Notes under the pieces: model-generated
The model's database searches: none
Seen by the model: the letters and a program-made list of their open reading frames with translations, nothing else
What the model was told of the DNA's origin: nothing
Shown here: piece after piece, positions 37,917 to 49,118 of the stretch
Position numbering within the stretch: position 1 is the first letter of the stretch
Layout of the letters: every line of letters starts with the position of its first letter
Source of the DNA: Fimicolochytrium jonesii
Taxonomy: Eukaryota
Assembly: GCF_025526975.1 (NCBI RefSeq)
Contig: NW_026515669.1
Span: 992,001 to 1,056,000, forward strand
Direction of reading: 5' to 3'
Length of the DNA stretch: 64,000 bases
Made by a program: the position numbers and the translations under genes

Positions 37917-40190
37917 TCAATAACCCCCCTTATAACTCGGCTGGTACTTCAAATTCACCCGTCTCGCGGGCGGTGGCGGCGGCGACGGCGGCGGCGCATT
38001 CCTATACCCATTCCTCTTCGACTCCCGCACCTGCGGCGGCGGACTCTCCCTCCTATAATCTTCTCTCCTCCTCCCACCCCGTTCACGCTCTCCCCGTTCA
38101 CGCTCATCCCTTGAAGACCTGTACGTCGGCAACGGCGGGGGGCTGTATGGTCGAAACCCGCGATCGTAACGATGTGCGACAGGTGGAGAGCGGGATTTTC
38201 TTCGTGCGCGGAGGGGTGGAGGTGAAGGGGAGCGAGAGGGATATCGGCCGCGGGGTCTGGGGGGTAGTGCGTGACGTTTATTGTTATTGTACCTATCGCG
38301 CGACCTGGATCGTGAGCGGGACCGGGAATATGACCGTCGGCGGGATCCGCGGGGTGATCTTGACCGTGACCGAGACCGCGATCTCGAGTCTGAAATGGGT
38401 GAGTCTGCGAAGCGTTTGTGGACGGGTTGGCGGTGGTGTGGGGGGGATCGGCGCCGGTCGTGGTCGATGCGGCCTGTCTCCGGTGATTGACGGCGGGGTG
38501 GGCAGTATTTTGAGCCTTTTCGGTGTTGGGGGAAGGCTTGGACGAGTGCTGCGAGGGCGAAGGCTGATATGCCTTTGTTGCCTGTAATCAGGCGTTGTCG
38601 GCAGTCCTGAGTGAGAGAAGCACGTTAGTAATTGGTCGCTTCAGAGGGCGTTATTGGTCAGGGCACTCACGTCGCCAAAGTGACCCTTTGAAAAGCGCGA
38701 AGGGTTGTCAGTGAACATGCATGCTCCACATAGACTGCAGCAGCTTCACATACCTCCTGTCCGCAATTGTAGCAGTACACGGCCAGCTCTTTCGGGACCT
38801 GGTCACCCTTATACGGTGCAAAGACGTAATGCCGCCATTGCCACGGACATTGCTACAAAGGCCGTCAGTGATCGGTGAATGGACCGAATGGTGCCGCAAT
38901 CAGTTGCCTCGCATCCTTACATATGGATGATGCTTGTCCGAATCACAATATTCACATATCGAGTAGTCTCTTCCGTTCGGGCAATCCTGCAGTCACGGAA
39001 GGCTTGATCAGAAAACACGGTTTCCCAAGCCATGTGAAACGTGCGACTGCGACATTTACGCTATTGATGTGGCCCCGGTGCATGCACTTGAAGCATAGGT
39101 TGTTCATTGGGCATCTGGCTGGATCGTGGTCCTCTCGACATAGGTAGCACGCCCTTTCCTGTAGAGGGTTGGTCAAGCGTTACGCGACAAATTCGAGAGC
39201 GCGGTCGGGTACGTGGTAGAATCCAACATTTTACCTTTTCTGGGCATTCTCGCATTATGTGTCCGTTCTTGCGACACATACGACAGAATGGCCCTGTGTT
39301 CTCCTCAAAGTATCGATTTTCCTACAAGTTCGAAGACAGAGGATGGCTGGATGGTCAGCAAAGTGAGGTTGCGAAGAAGTGTCCCAGCGTGGAAGTTTTG
39401 CGTCGGTTGATGACGCCAGGGTACTTCCGTTCTCGTGAGGTCGCCATGTGCCCGGTTCTCTGACGGCTAGATCCCGGCGTTGGTCCTTCTTTAGCAGCTG
39501 CCCCAACTCTCTAGCGGCGCCCATGCGGCCCCAGCACGAACTTCTTCTACGGCGCGTACGAACCTTTCGTCGTCCACCAACGTCCAAAAACACATCATCA
39601 ATCGCAACAGCCTCCTTCTGAGCAGCCAGATCGTCAGCGCTCCGCATCTTCAGCACCTTGACCTCCAAAGTCTTCGGCGGTGGCGGTGGTTTGATTTGAG
39701 GTGTTTCCCCGTCCGAGATCTCCATATCCTCTACGTTTTCCTCCTCAACCTCATCGTCCGATATGACTTCGTGAACGACCGCGAGCGTTGTTAAATCATC
39801 TGGTAAGATATTTCCGTTCGTCGTTTTGTTATCCACATCTGCTGGATCTGGAGTGGGAAAACGCGTGAGCATTGTGTGTTGAAGGAAGCGCCCGCATGAA
39901 ATTACGAGACAATACCGTCTTCATGCTCCAAGTGGAAGCTATGCGTGTAGTTGACATGCGACAGAGCAGCTTCCTCGTCCCCACTGTCCTGACTGCGTCC
40001 TCAAATTTTGCAGGGACAGGTGGAGGGTCCAATTGTGAAAGTTGAGGACCCTTCGGGAAATATGGCTGTCGACAATTACAAAGCGTAGTGTTTACCTTGC
40101 CAAGTCCCCCGCATCGGTATCGTCGGGGTCGTCGTTGTAAAGCTCGTCCTCGTATCTCCGCCGCTCGTCGTCTGAGTCGTAGTCGCCCAT
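37917..40190 (-). CDS. AIR2: Air1/Air2 (ZCCHC7)-like zinc-knuckle protein of the TRAMP complex, multi-exon
   Basis: Acidic N-terminus MGDYDSDDE; several CX2CX3-4HX4C knuckles (CRMCRKNGHIMREC, CYLCREDHDPARC, CFKCMHRGH, YCYNCGQE...HFGDDC); RS/RD-rich tail ending YKGGY*. Confidence 0.75.
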
Positions 40191-40834
40191 TGCGCTCAAA
40201 TGCGGTTTGATGATCAGTCGAGAGTTGGAAAAGTCGGACGCCGATCCCGGCACAGCAAACTTGGGAATTTTGGGCTTTGACACAAGTCCCGTTCAGCTGG
40301 TTCTTCAGTTGCAATTTCAAATGCCGGGCACGTGATCGAATTGAATGCATCGAAATTGTCGTGAGCCCATTGCGCTCTGATTGGGTGATTCCTCCGCTTG
40401 AGTCACCGTTCGGATTGCGTGTGCGAACGAACCGACAACCCGATGCTGCATACGAATAGTAATTGCGGGAACGGGTGGCACAGCCATGCAAGAGCCCTCA
40501 ATAGGAATGAGGAATCGCGTCCCGTCATGTCCCATCCCATAAGGAAAAGTGAGGGCATTCCGACAGGTGTTCCTTCTTATGATGGACGTCCCGGCGAACA
40601 GCAGAACCCAAACCGCACCCACCCCATTCCGACAACCGGCATCTGTTCCGTCACGAGCTATCCATATCTATTCCGGAGGACAGAAAGCCCTACTTATTCA
40701 GAGGAAGACACCAGAAACCTTCCCATATTCGAAGTCATATCGCCGCCCATATACAGTTTGAACAGCGACACATCCTACGAACTTCCCCAAACTCGGTCCT
40801 TTTGAATATCGAAAGAGTCTACTACCAATCGACA

Positions 40835-42544
40835 ATGTTCTCCCGGAGGGCGCTTTCCGTTGACCCGACATGCCGCCGACTGGTCGCTAGAACGACCGAC
40901 TCTCCAGCCGCAAACTCCGCACACAGGCGGCGGAAATTGCCGACGACGTCTTCCTCCTCCTTTCGAGTCGTTTGCACATCCAGTTGCGCACGCCAGCTGA
41001 CAACGACGACGCCCAAGAAGGCATCTCATGCCCCACATCCCGCCCACAATGCAGCGCCATTCTGTTCTTCACTTCCGTACTCCCACGTCAACACTTTCAC
41101 ACCACCATCTCCGCCAACTTCCAACACGACATCGACTCCTCAGCAACGGCTACCACGGCCAAAAGGATATCAGTCTCCATCGCCAGCGGTCTCGAAAGCA
41201 AACTCACCAGCCGAGGACGTCCTGTCCAAAACATTCTACAGACGCGAACTACCTTCGAATCTCCACTCATTCACATCGGACGCCGGCCGCAAGCTCTTCA
41301 AAGAGTGCTTACAAACGGGAAACGCTGAGATCTATTTCAGTCTGAGCGGAAACTTCACCATGCAATCCGAGCCTGCCTATTGCGGGCTAGGTTCCTTGGC
41401 GATGGTCTTGAACGCGCTAGCTGTGGACCCAGGGCGGAGGTGGAAAGGTGTATGGCGGTGGTACTCCGACGACATGCTGGAATGCTGTGCGCCGAGAGAG
41501 CAGATCCGGGAGAAGGGGATGACTTTCCGGGAGTTCGCCTGCCTTGCCAGGTGCAATGGCCTGCGGGTCGTCGCGAAACGCGCAGATCAGGTCACCCGAG
41601 AAGAGTTTCTCGAGGATTTGAAGCAAGTCACCGCGAGCGAGGATACGCATATGGTCGTTTCTTTCTCGCGGGGCAAGCTCAACCAGACTGGTGACGGCCA
41701 CTTCAGTCCAATCGGCGCATTCCACCCTGAGAAGAATCAAGCTCTGATTCTGGATACGGCGCGCTTCAAGTACCCATCGTACTTCTGCGATGCGAACTTG
41801 CTGTACGATGCCATGCATCCCATCGACAAGGAGACGGGGCTTCCACGCGGTTACTTCATCTTATCGAAAGGACAGGCAAAGCCACTATCGCTTTGCAAGA
41901 TATCTTCGGAGAAGTACGACTGGCCGGCCTTGACGAAGCTCTTTACCAACGGCATTCCGCAGACACTATCGCTAATCAAGGACGCTGGAGGTGACGCCGA
42001 TTCCCTGGCGGCCGTCTTCCGCCACATCCTGAGCAGCTTACCCGACGTCAAACTCATCTCGCTGCGTCAACCAGGAGTCGACTTGGCCGGGCCCACTTCC
42101 TCCCCATCCTCTAACGCTCCCTCAAATAGGGAAGCGACGAACTGCGGCCCCTCCCGCGACCTCGCCAGCATGCATGAATCCGAAATCCGCCGTCTCCTGC
42201 AAGAAGCCATCCTCAACCCCCTCTTTCCACACGTCCGCGCGGCTTTCGAATCCTCACCCACCCTGCACTCCGCCTACCTCACACCCACACCCACCGACCC
42301 CACCGCACCCGAAAAGACGCTGGCTCTCGCTACCATCTTCCTCCTCGCTGCTCCACGCGAGCTGTACGCGACCATCTCCCCTGACTTGTTCAGACAGTTA
42401 GCGGTCGCCCGCGATCGGACGAATCTTACACCGTTGTTAAGGGGGGAAGTGGAGCGGATATCGGAGCAGTTGGAGCTTATGTTGAATAGTTTTTGTAAAT
42501 GTGGGAAGAGGGTGCAGGCCTGTGGGCGGGCGAGTGCGTTGTAA
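40835..42544 (+). CDS. PCS1: Phytochelatin synthase (glutathione gamma-glutamylcysteinyltransferase), intronless, with a long Arg/Ser-rich N-terminal extension
   Basis: FYRRELP; QSEPAYCGLGSL (catalytic Cys); DPGRRWKGVWRWYSDDMLECC; QTGDGHFSPIG (His); LILDTARFKYP (Asp); Cys-containing C-terminus FCKCGKRVQAC. Confidence 0.96.
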   Translation: MFSRRALSVDPTCRRLVARTTDSPAANSAHRRRKLPTTSSSSFRVVCTSSCARQLTTTTPKKASHAPHPAHNAAPFCSSLPYSHVNTFTPPSPPTSNTTSTPQQRLPRPKGYQSPSPAVSKANSPAEDVLSKTFYRRELPSNLHSFTSDAGRKLFKECLQTGNAEIYFSLSGNFTMQSEPAYCGLGSLAMVLNALAVDPGRRWKGVWRWYSDDMLECCAPREQIREKGMTFREFACLARCNGLRVVAKRADQVTREEFLEDLKQVTASEDTHMVVSFSRGKLNQTGDGHFSPIGAFHPEKNQALILDTARFKYPSYFCDANLLYDAMHPIDKETGLPRGYFILSKGQAKPLSLCKISSEKYDWPALTKLFTNGIPQTLSLIKDAGGDADSLAAVFRHILSSLPDVKLISLRQPGVDLAGPTSSPSSNAPSNREATNCGPSRDLASMHESEIRRLLQEAILNPLFPHVRAAFESSPTLHSAYLTPTPTDPTAPEKTLALATIFLLAAPRELYATISPDLFRQLAVARDRTNLTPLLRGEVERISEQLELMLNSFCKCGKRVQACGRASAL

Positions 42545-43106
42545 GCTGGATTGGGTGGCTGCGGCGATCTTCGTTTTGTACCATACATATTTCCCTGTCA
42601 CGGACCTTTTTGTTCAAGATGATGATAATAGATACCTTTGCTTTCGCTCTTGAAGAGAGTGCACTGCATGCTCGCAGCTTCATTCGGGGCTCAAACGTTC
42701 TGTGAGCCTCTGTGGTGAAGAGACTGACATCCTTTGCCAGGAACGCGTTTTTGGCGCGTAGTCACGCGTTCAGAGCGTTCACAGCATTTTGCTTTCCGAC
42801 CTCCCTTTTTCTCAAAACTTTTGGGTTTCGCGCGCAATTGAGGCTTATACAGGCCCTGCTTTGCAGGGTTCAGCTTTCATTGCATTATCGTAATATGGTA
42901 TTGGGTTATTTACCAATACCACTGCACTTCCGACATCGCATAATTTTGTCTCGAGCATCACGCCTTGTGGTGGATCCTTCTGGGCCATTTTCTTGCGCTT
43001 TCCCCTTGCTTTTAGGCAGGCATGTAGTGACTGGGTCATGATGATATCATTTTTCGAAAGCTATGTTGGATGGGCCAGGTCCAGGGCCTTTTTTTCTGCA
43101 GACGGC

Positions 43107-43145
43107 TGTATAAAAGGCCGTATATCAAAGCGGTGTATAAAAGGC
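43107..43145 (+). promoter_or_regulatory. Twin TATA boxes (TGTATAAAAGGC direct repeat)
   Basis: The identical 12-mer occurs at 43107-43118 and 43134-43145, about 105-140 bp upstream of the ATG at 43250. Confidence 0.7.
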
Positions 43146-43249
43146 TGGTCCATCCCCCCCATTTCTTCAAAAACATCAGGACATTCGCAATACACCAACT
43201 CGTTAACAAACTATAACAAACCACCACATCACTTTCCAAAGAACAAACC

Positions 43250-43582
43250 ATGTCCGCCAACACCGAATACCTCGACACCAACCGCGCTGACGTCCCAATC
43301 GTCTCAGCCGTACGTCCCTTACATCCCATCGCTCCCACCCAGTCACAAGCCTAACCCTCCCACTCTCCCCCACCTTACACACAGACCGGCGAAAAAGTAG
43401 CCGTCGTCGACGCGCCCACCCACCAAGCCCAAGCCCAACAATCCGAATCCGTCGCCTCGCTCCTCGCGCCCGCGGGTATCCCCGCCGCCTCGGTGCCGGG
43501 TCCGCACACGGTGCATATTGATCATGATGCGCCGCATAGTGCGGAGGAGAAGCCGAGTTTGCCCAGGCATGGGGGGTTCTGA
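43250..43582 (+). CDS. Small 85-aa two-exon orphan protein (exons 43250-43309, 43385-43582), absent from the ORF track
   Basis: A/C-rich leader and AACCATG start; GTACGT donor, CTAAC branch, ACAG acceptor. Spliced product: MSANTEYLDTNRADVPIVSA|TGEKVAVVDAPTHQAQAQQSESVASLLAPAGIPAASVPGPHTVHIDHDAPHSAEEKPSLPRHGGF*. Confidence 0.75.
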
Positions 43583-43947
43583 GATAGTGGGGTTTTAGGA
43601 CTGCAAAGACTCGTAGGCTGGGACATCGTGTGGGCTGGAGATGTCGTGCTATGTAATACATATTCAGTTTTGGGAAGGCCTGTGAATAAATTAACGTTTA
43701 CGCTTGAGATACTGGGTATATCATCTGCAGTTTTGCGTCATGAACCATCGTCTATTGAGCCTGTGCATTTGCGACCATATCCAGCGCCAATGGAAGCATA
43801 CTGTAGGTTTACAGGGATTCCTACACAATGTAGACGATTATTGTACTCCACCTATATATATATATACAGCTAATTACAGTACGTACAGCTTACAGAACAG
43901 ATTTCAATACGGTGACTGGATGTTCTACGCCTAGATCTCCACTTTGT

Positions 43948-46239
43948 CTAAATCATAACAACCGGCCCACTCAGACTAATGTCTTCTACCCACCACCATC
44001 TCGACGAAAGATACCTCGCATACGCCGCATACAAAAGCACATCAGCCTCCTGACGTTGCCGGTACATTCCTCCCCCTGCCTTCACTTCATCTTCAGCATG
44101 TTTGCGTTCGTTCGAGACACCGCAACGAATCACGTCGACAAGATCCGACCCGATGCCGCTGAAACCCAAGTGAAGCGAGGACAAACGACGGTGAGAACGA
44201 ATCAAAGCCGCAAGGTTCACACGTTCCCATTCGCAATCGACAACCGGAAGACATTCCCTCCCGCGTACATGCAGCGTCGACAGCTCCGGCCACACCGCCG
44301 CGGACGCCATCATGTTGAACGCCTTCGTCGAGACGTTGAACCCCTGCAGCCGCAGATGCTTGATACCTTTACAAAAATAGATAAGATCCTCCATGAACGT
44401 ATCCGGCAAATCCAGCAGCGACCGCGAGCTAACCAACGACTCCATCGTCAACGCCTCCAACCTCGGCGCCTGGTGCGTCAACGACGCCGCGGTCTCGAGA
44501 CAGATGCGATGTCCGAGGGTCGAGATGTTCCAGATCGACAGACGCTGCAGGTTGGGCAGGGCGACGTTGACGTAGGAGGGCAGGATGGCGGGGATGCCTT
44601 CGAGTTTGAGGACCGTCAGCGTTGAGGCGGTGTGGGTGAGGAGGGTAATGGGGAAGACGGGGGTGGAGAAGAGGTGGAGGTGGGTTAGGTTGGGGAGATG
44701 GAGGGGGATGAGGGAATCTGTGGGTTCTTCGGTGAGCTCGCTTGCGGAGCGGCAGCGCACGGTCAGTTCCTCGAGATGGCCGAGCCCGCTTGAGCCTGTG
44801 TCTTCTGACGGCGATACCAGGCCCGCCCATGCCGGCATCCCTTCCGCTGTCAAGGTGGCTGCGGGGCCAGTCACCTTCAGCCTTCGCAATTGCGGGAAAG
44901 ATGTCACGATCCCCTTCATGTCTGCCAAACTCAAGCTCGGCGTCCCTTCCACCGGCGTAATCTTCAAATTTTCCAGCAGGTGCGTCCACCCCAGCATATT
45001 TCCAGCCTCTCTTTCCGCCAACGCCAATCTCGAAACCTCCGAGTGAGTGGATCTCGGCAGCTCCCGCAAACAACACCCGTTGAACTGAAGTGTTTTGAGA
45101 CCTGTAAGTGCTCGGCAGATAACCCGAGTGAGCGGTAACCACCCATCGGCGTCGAACCAGACGCTGCAGCGGTATAGAACAAGACTTCGGATGTTGCGCA
45201 GTCCGTTGAGATGTGTCGCAATGTCTGCTACGAGCGCCGGTGGGGCATCCAACGTTTTCAATGTGAGAGCTTCCAGGTTAGGGCACCCGATCGCCAAGGA
45301 TGGAAGCATCGTCGTCGGCAGGAACGCATAATCGATCTCCATCAGAAGCGTGCGCAGGTTGGGCAGCGCTGGGAGGGAGGCAACGCCAGTGTTAGGGCTT
45401 GGCGGGGCATAGGCGAGAAAGCTAGCAAAGTTGAGCAAAGCCGATGCCGACATTCCCGTGAGCTGAAGGTACTGCAGCGATATGGCCGACGGTCCTCTTC
45501 CCAAGACCGATGCCTGCAAGACCGACGGCCGGGCCCAGAAGCGAGGTTCCTCCATCTCCAGATGCTGGAGCTTTGTACAGTTTCTCAATATCCATGCTAC
45601 ATTCCGCTTCAGACCAGGTGCAGTCCACATCTGCTTTCGTAGCCTGTCCACTCTGTCAGACAATGGCCGGGAGCTCGCTGGTCCGTCCAACGTCGGCGGT
45701 TGTTCGGAGGGCTCTTGTCCTGTTTGAGGCTCCTCCACAGCATCCGACTCCATCCGTCCCGGTCTAACCACCAGCGTCGTCAACTGCGGGCAGTTATCAA
45801 CCGCGCCTGGTACAATAGCCACACAGGAACAGGTGATTGTGCGGAGGGTCGAATGACCGGCAAACTGCCTCCCGACTATTTCGAGGTAGGATTCCGCTTC
45901 GTCCAAGGGTGTATTCCGTACAGGCTCGAGGTTGAGAGTCTCCAGAACTGGGTAAGACGCCAGTATCTGAGCGAGACCTAGACGGATCACGGCTTTCGAG
46001 CATTGCAGGGTTAGTTCCTACGAAAAAAGGAAAGATGTCAGCCAACAATTTTTGCGTCTTGCCCTGTTTCCTACGTTCACGTTCGTTACCCTTCTTTCCA
46101 TTGCAGCGTTCCTGAACGAGCGGGAAACGCCCATGGCGACGCGGGATTGCCTAAACGAGACATACTGCAAGACCTGATATAGGAGCTCCAGAGGCAGGTC
46201 GTCGACACCTCTTCCTTTCCGGTCCACGAGCTGTCCCAT
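43948..46239 (-). CDS. F-box protein with RNI-like leucine-rich repeats, 2 exons (46239-46090, 46017-43948)
   Basis: F-box DDLPLELLYQVLQYV...MGVSRSFRNAA; repeated LRR units (CPQLTTLVV, CTKLQHLEM, LPNLRTLLM, CPNLEALTL, FPQLRRLKV, LPNLTHLHL). Confidence 0.88.
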
Positions 46240-46638
46240 GGCTTTGAATTTCGTCAACGATTCTTCAACCCTTGCTGGAGGTCCGTCTACATGTACAAAT
46301 ATATGGGCAATGAATAACTTGAAAGGTCTACCCAGAGCAAGAGGCTCGAGTCACTTCTGCAAAATCATCGCACGGCGCCTGAAAGAAAGGCTTTTGACAG
46401 GTCGGGAAAGGACCTGTCAGTTGCGGTCAGGGGTTGAAACGGTAAAAACGCGGTCGTCAGGCTGCTTACTCAATCATCTCCGACATTCCAAATTCCATCA
46501 CAGAACCAACTTCCCGAAACCATAACCTTAATTGTTAGGACAGCCTCCGATGGGATTGGCTGGCGTACTAGACGTTGGCTGGCAACGCCCTACGCATACT
46601 GTATTATCTTTTCGCAATTCGATACATTTGCAGCAATC

Positions 46639-48158
46639 ATGAAACTAGACGCATGGGTATTGCTCGTGATATCTCTGATCGCTCTGCACGGCAGTGTGAC
46701 AGCAGGTACACATGGGATACTGCGTTAACTCGCGCAATTTAGAAGCCATCCTCTAATCCACACTCCTCAACCCCCATGTATCCAGACCCATGCTGCTACA
46801 CAACCACCGTCGACGAACCCTCAACCACCAACGTCACCATCTACTGGCCCTCTGCATCCCTCGCCAAATTCCACTACACAGTCACCATCTCCTTCCCGGA
46901 CACGTACCCGGTCGCCGCGTCGCAGCCCTTCAAAGCCCCGCTCGGCACCGTGACATGCACACAGACATCGCCAAACACTTACACGTGCTGGTCGGAGAGC
47001 AGTAAAGTGTTTTCCGCGACGTTTGATATGGTTCTACCGGGGGGCGTGACGACGCCGTCGGTGCCGACTGCGGCGGTGCGCGACGCGAAGGGCGTGTGGG
47101 GCGCGTGTGTGAGGCAGGCCGCGTGTCCTGCTGTCCCGGACGGTGATAGCGACGATTTGCTTGACTTTGGGCCATTGGGGCGGCGGCCGCGGTGGTTTGC
47201 GATTGTGTTGGCGGCCGCGGGGGGTGTGGGTGTTGGGGGGATCGCGTTTGGGGTGCTGTATGTGCGGAGCCAGCGGGCGGCGATCGCACCGGAATTGAGT
47301 GTTGCGCAGAGGCATGATGAGAAACATGGGGGGGTGGGGAGGGGGGTGGTTGGGGAGCAGGGGTTGAGGGAGATGGTGCCGACATTGAGGGCGGCGAAGT
47401 CGGAGGCGAGGTTTGGGCAGTTGGGGACTCTGGTTGGCCAGCTTGCGCAGAAGACTGGGGGTGAGGCTGGCTCGCCACATAATCAGATGTTCAGGCAGGC
47501 GGTTGTGCAGCCGCGGACGCTGGTGGGTGGTATCATCACTCAAGTGCAGAACGACGCGGAAGCTGCTGCTCAGAGCCCCAAAGGGGCAAGGAAACGGGCC
47601 AACACCACCCGGAACGACAAGATTGTAGAGGACATCGCCGACGCCACGTCGTCCCCCCAACGATCAAAAACAGCCAAAGGAAAGAGGAAAAACAGTCGTA
47701 TGGGAGAAGACGTAGAATCCACCCCCGCCGACGCCAAAACATCCACCTTTCAAACCCCGCCTGTCCGCCGCCGGGGCAAATCGCAGGGGAATCATCACCA
47801 CAGACCGGACCAGCTCTCCGCTTCTTCACCTGCACCTTCTACGCCCCAAGCCGGGAAAAGCCAGCCATCCACTCCAGATAGCTTACACTATACCCCCTTT
47901 GCAGAAACCGAGCTCGGGCGAGTACACAGCCAAACGCAACCTTCGAACGAGACCCTACAAAGGCACAAGGGCTCACGACCACGGGGGCAAAGTCGGCATA
48001 GCACAACATTAGATATACCCCTTACACCATCGCCATCAACCCCGGCCGCGGGTGTGGTTGGAACACCGGAAGCGACGCGCAAAAAGTCGGTGCGGAGGGC
48101 ACAGGATTTCTACGTTTATAATGCTGTGAAGGGTGAACGTCCCGCGGGAACGCCCTAG
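46639..48158 (+). CDS. Type I single-pass membrane protein with a small Cys-containing ectodomain and a disordered basic cytoplasmic tail, 2 exons
   Basis: Signal exon MKLDAWVLLVISLIALHGSVTA; intron about 46706-46785; ectodomain DPCCY...; TM WFAIVLAAAGGVGVGGIAFGVLYV followed by RSQR. Confidence 0.75.
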
Positions 48159-48307
48159 GTGTTAGGAACTTTTATGGGTAGATTCGCTTATAGCTCTCTG
48201 TTGCCTGGTTTTGATGGTTGCTGCTTGATAATCCTCATGCCCTCCATCCATGTAAATGCACAATCCTATCTCAGACCAACTCTTTATCGTTCCCGTTTCC
48301 AAAGCCC

Positions 48308-48826
48308 TCACACAACCCCACCAGCCCGTCTCCTCCCCTCCGTCAACGCCTCCCACCTCCCCCTCATCTCCCCGTCCCACCTCCTCCTCCCCTCCCTCAA
48401 CATTTCCAGCTCAACCCCCAGCTCCGGATCCACAGCCTCAACGGCACTATCGTCCCCCGTCGCGATGCGCACGATGGCCGACTCGCGCAGCAGGGCGGCT
48501 GCGACGTCGATCTCGGCGTGGTGCAGGGTGGACAAGAGCGTGTAGTACGTGGCGCGGAGGTGGGGAAGGCAGTCGCAGGTTTGGGGGGATGATCCTGTTT
48601 CGTGCGTATGGGGCGATTTCGGGAGCGTGGTTGCGTTGCACTGCCCATTGGCTGATACTGCTCCATCCCCGCCCTCGGTCGCAGAACCCGACCCGCGACT
48701 GCTGCTTTTGCGCCGGGAGGCGACAAACTGGGCGTAGAGGTTGTCGGTGTGAGCGAGGCCGGTGAAGTATTCGACGAGCTCGGGGACGCTGAGCTGTTCG
48801 GGGGCTCGGGTGTACGGTGTTGACAT
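48308..48826 (-). CDS. Small hypothetical protein (about 172 aa)
   Basis: Likely ATG at 48826 (MSTPYTRAPEQLSVPELVEYFTGL); helical segments and a CDC motif; codon pattern similar to neighbouring genes. Confidence 0.5.
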   Translation of the reverse strand: MSTPYTRAPEQLSVPELVEYFTGLAHTDNLYAQFVASRRKSSSRGSGSATEGGDGAVSANGQCNATTLPKSPHTHETGSSPQTCDCLPHLRATYYTLLSTLHHAEIDVAAALLRESAIVRIATGDDSAVEAVDPELGVELEMLREGRRRWDGEMRGRWEALTEGRRRAGGVV

Positions 48827-49118
48827 GTGGGTAGCGTTTGTTTTGTGTGGGATGTTTTCGATGCCTCGGCCTGGATTGGGTTTCTGACAGTTCTGGATGA
48901 CTGTCATTTTTGTTGTGAAGGTCACTGGTCGCGTCAAAAACTGGCGAAAAAACGTCTACCAAAACAGAATCTCATTTCCACTCTTTCCTCTCTACCAAAA
49001 AAGACCATCTATATACATGAAAACCCATGCGCACCAAAACTTCGCTCCGAGGCCCCAGGGTTTCACTCTAATTAACCCCCCCAAAGAAAATCATTGAATA
49101 CAATAACCAAAAGCTAAA

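Noticed and set aside
32822..40190. LTR retrotransposon (CCHC knuckles)
   Set aside because: No protease, RT, RNase H or integrase motifs and no LTRs; the Air2-like gene has introns. The aspartic protease at 54.5 kb is a bilobed secreted pepsin, not a retropepsin.
42533..42544. Peroxisomal PTS1 at the PCS C-terminus (-SAL)
   Set aside because: It does not match the canonical (S/A/C)(K/R/H)(L/M) consensus, so the support is too weak.
43250..43582. Metallothionein next to PCS
   Set aside because: The peptide contains no cysteine; kept only as a His-containing orphan.
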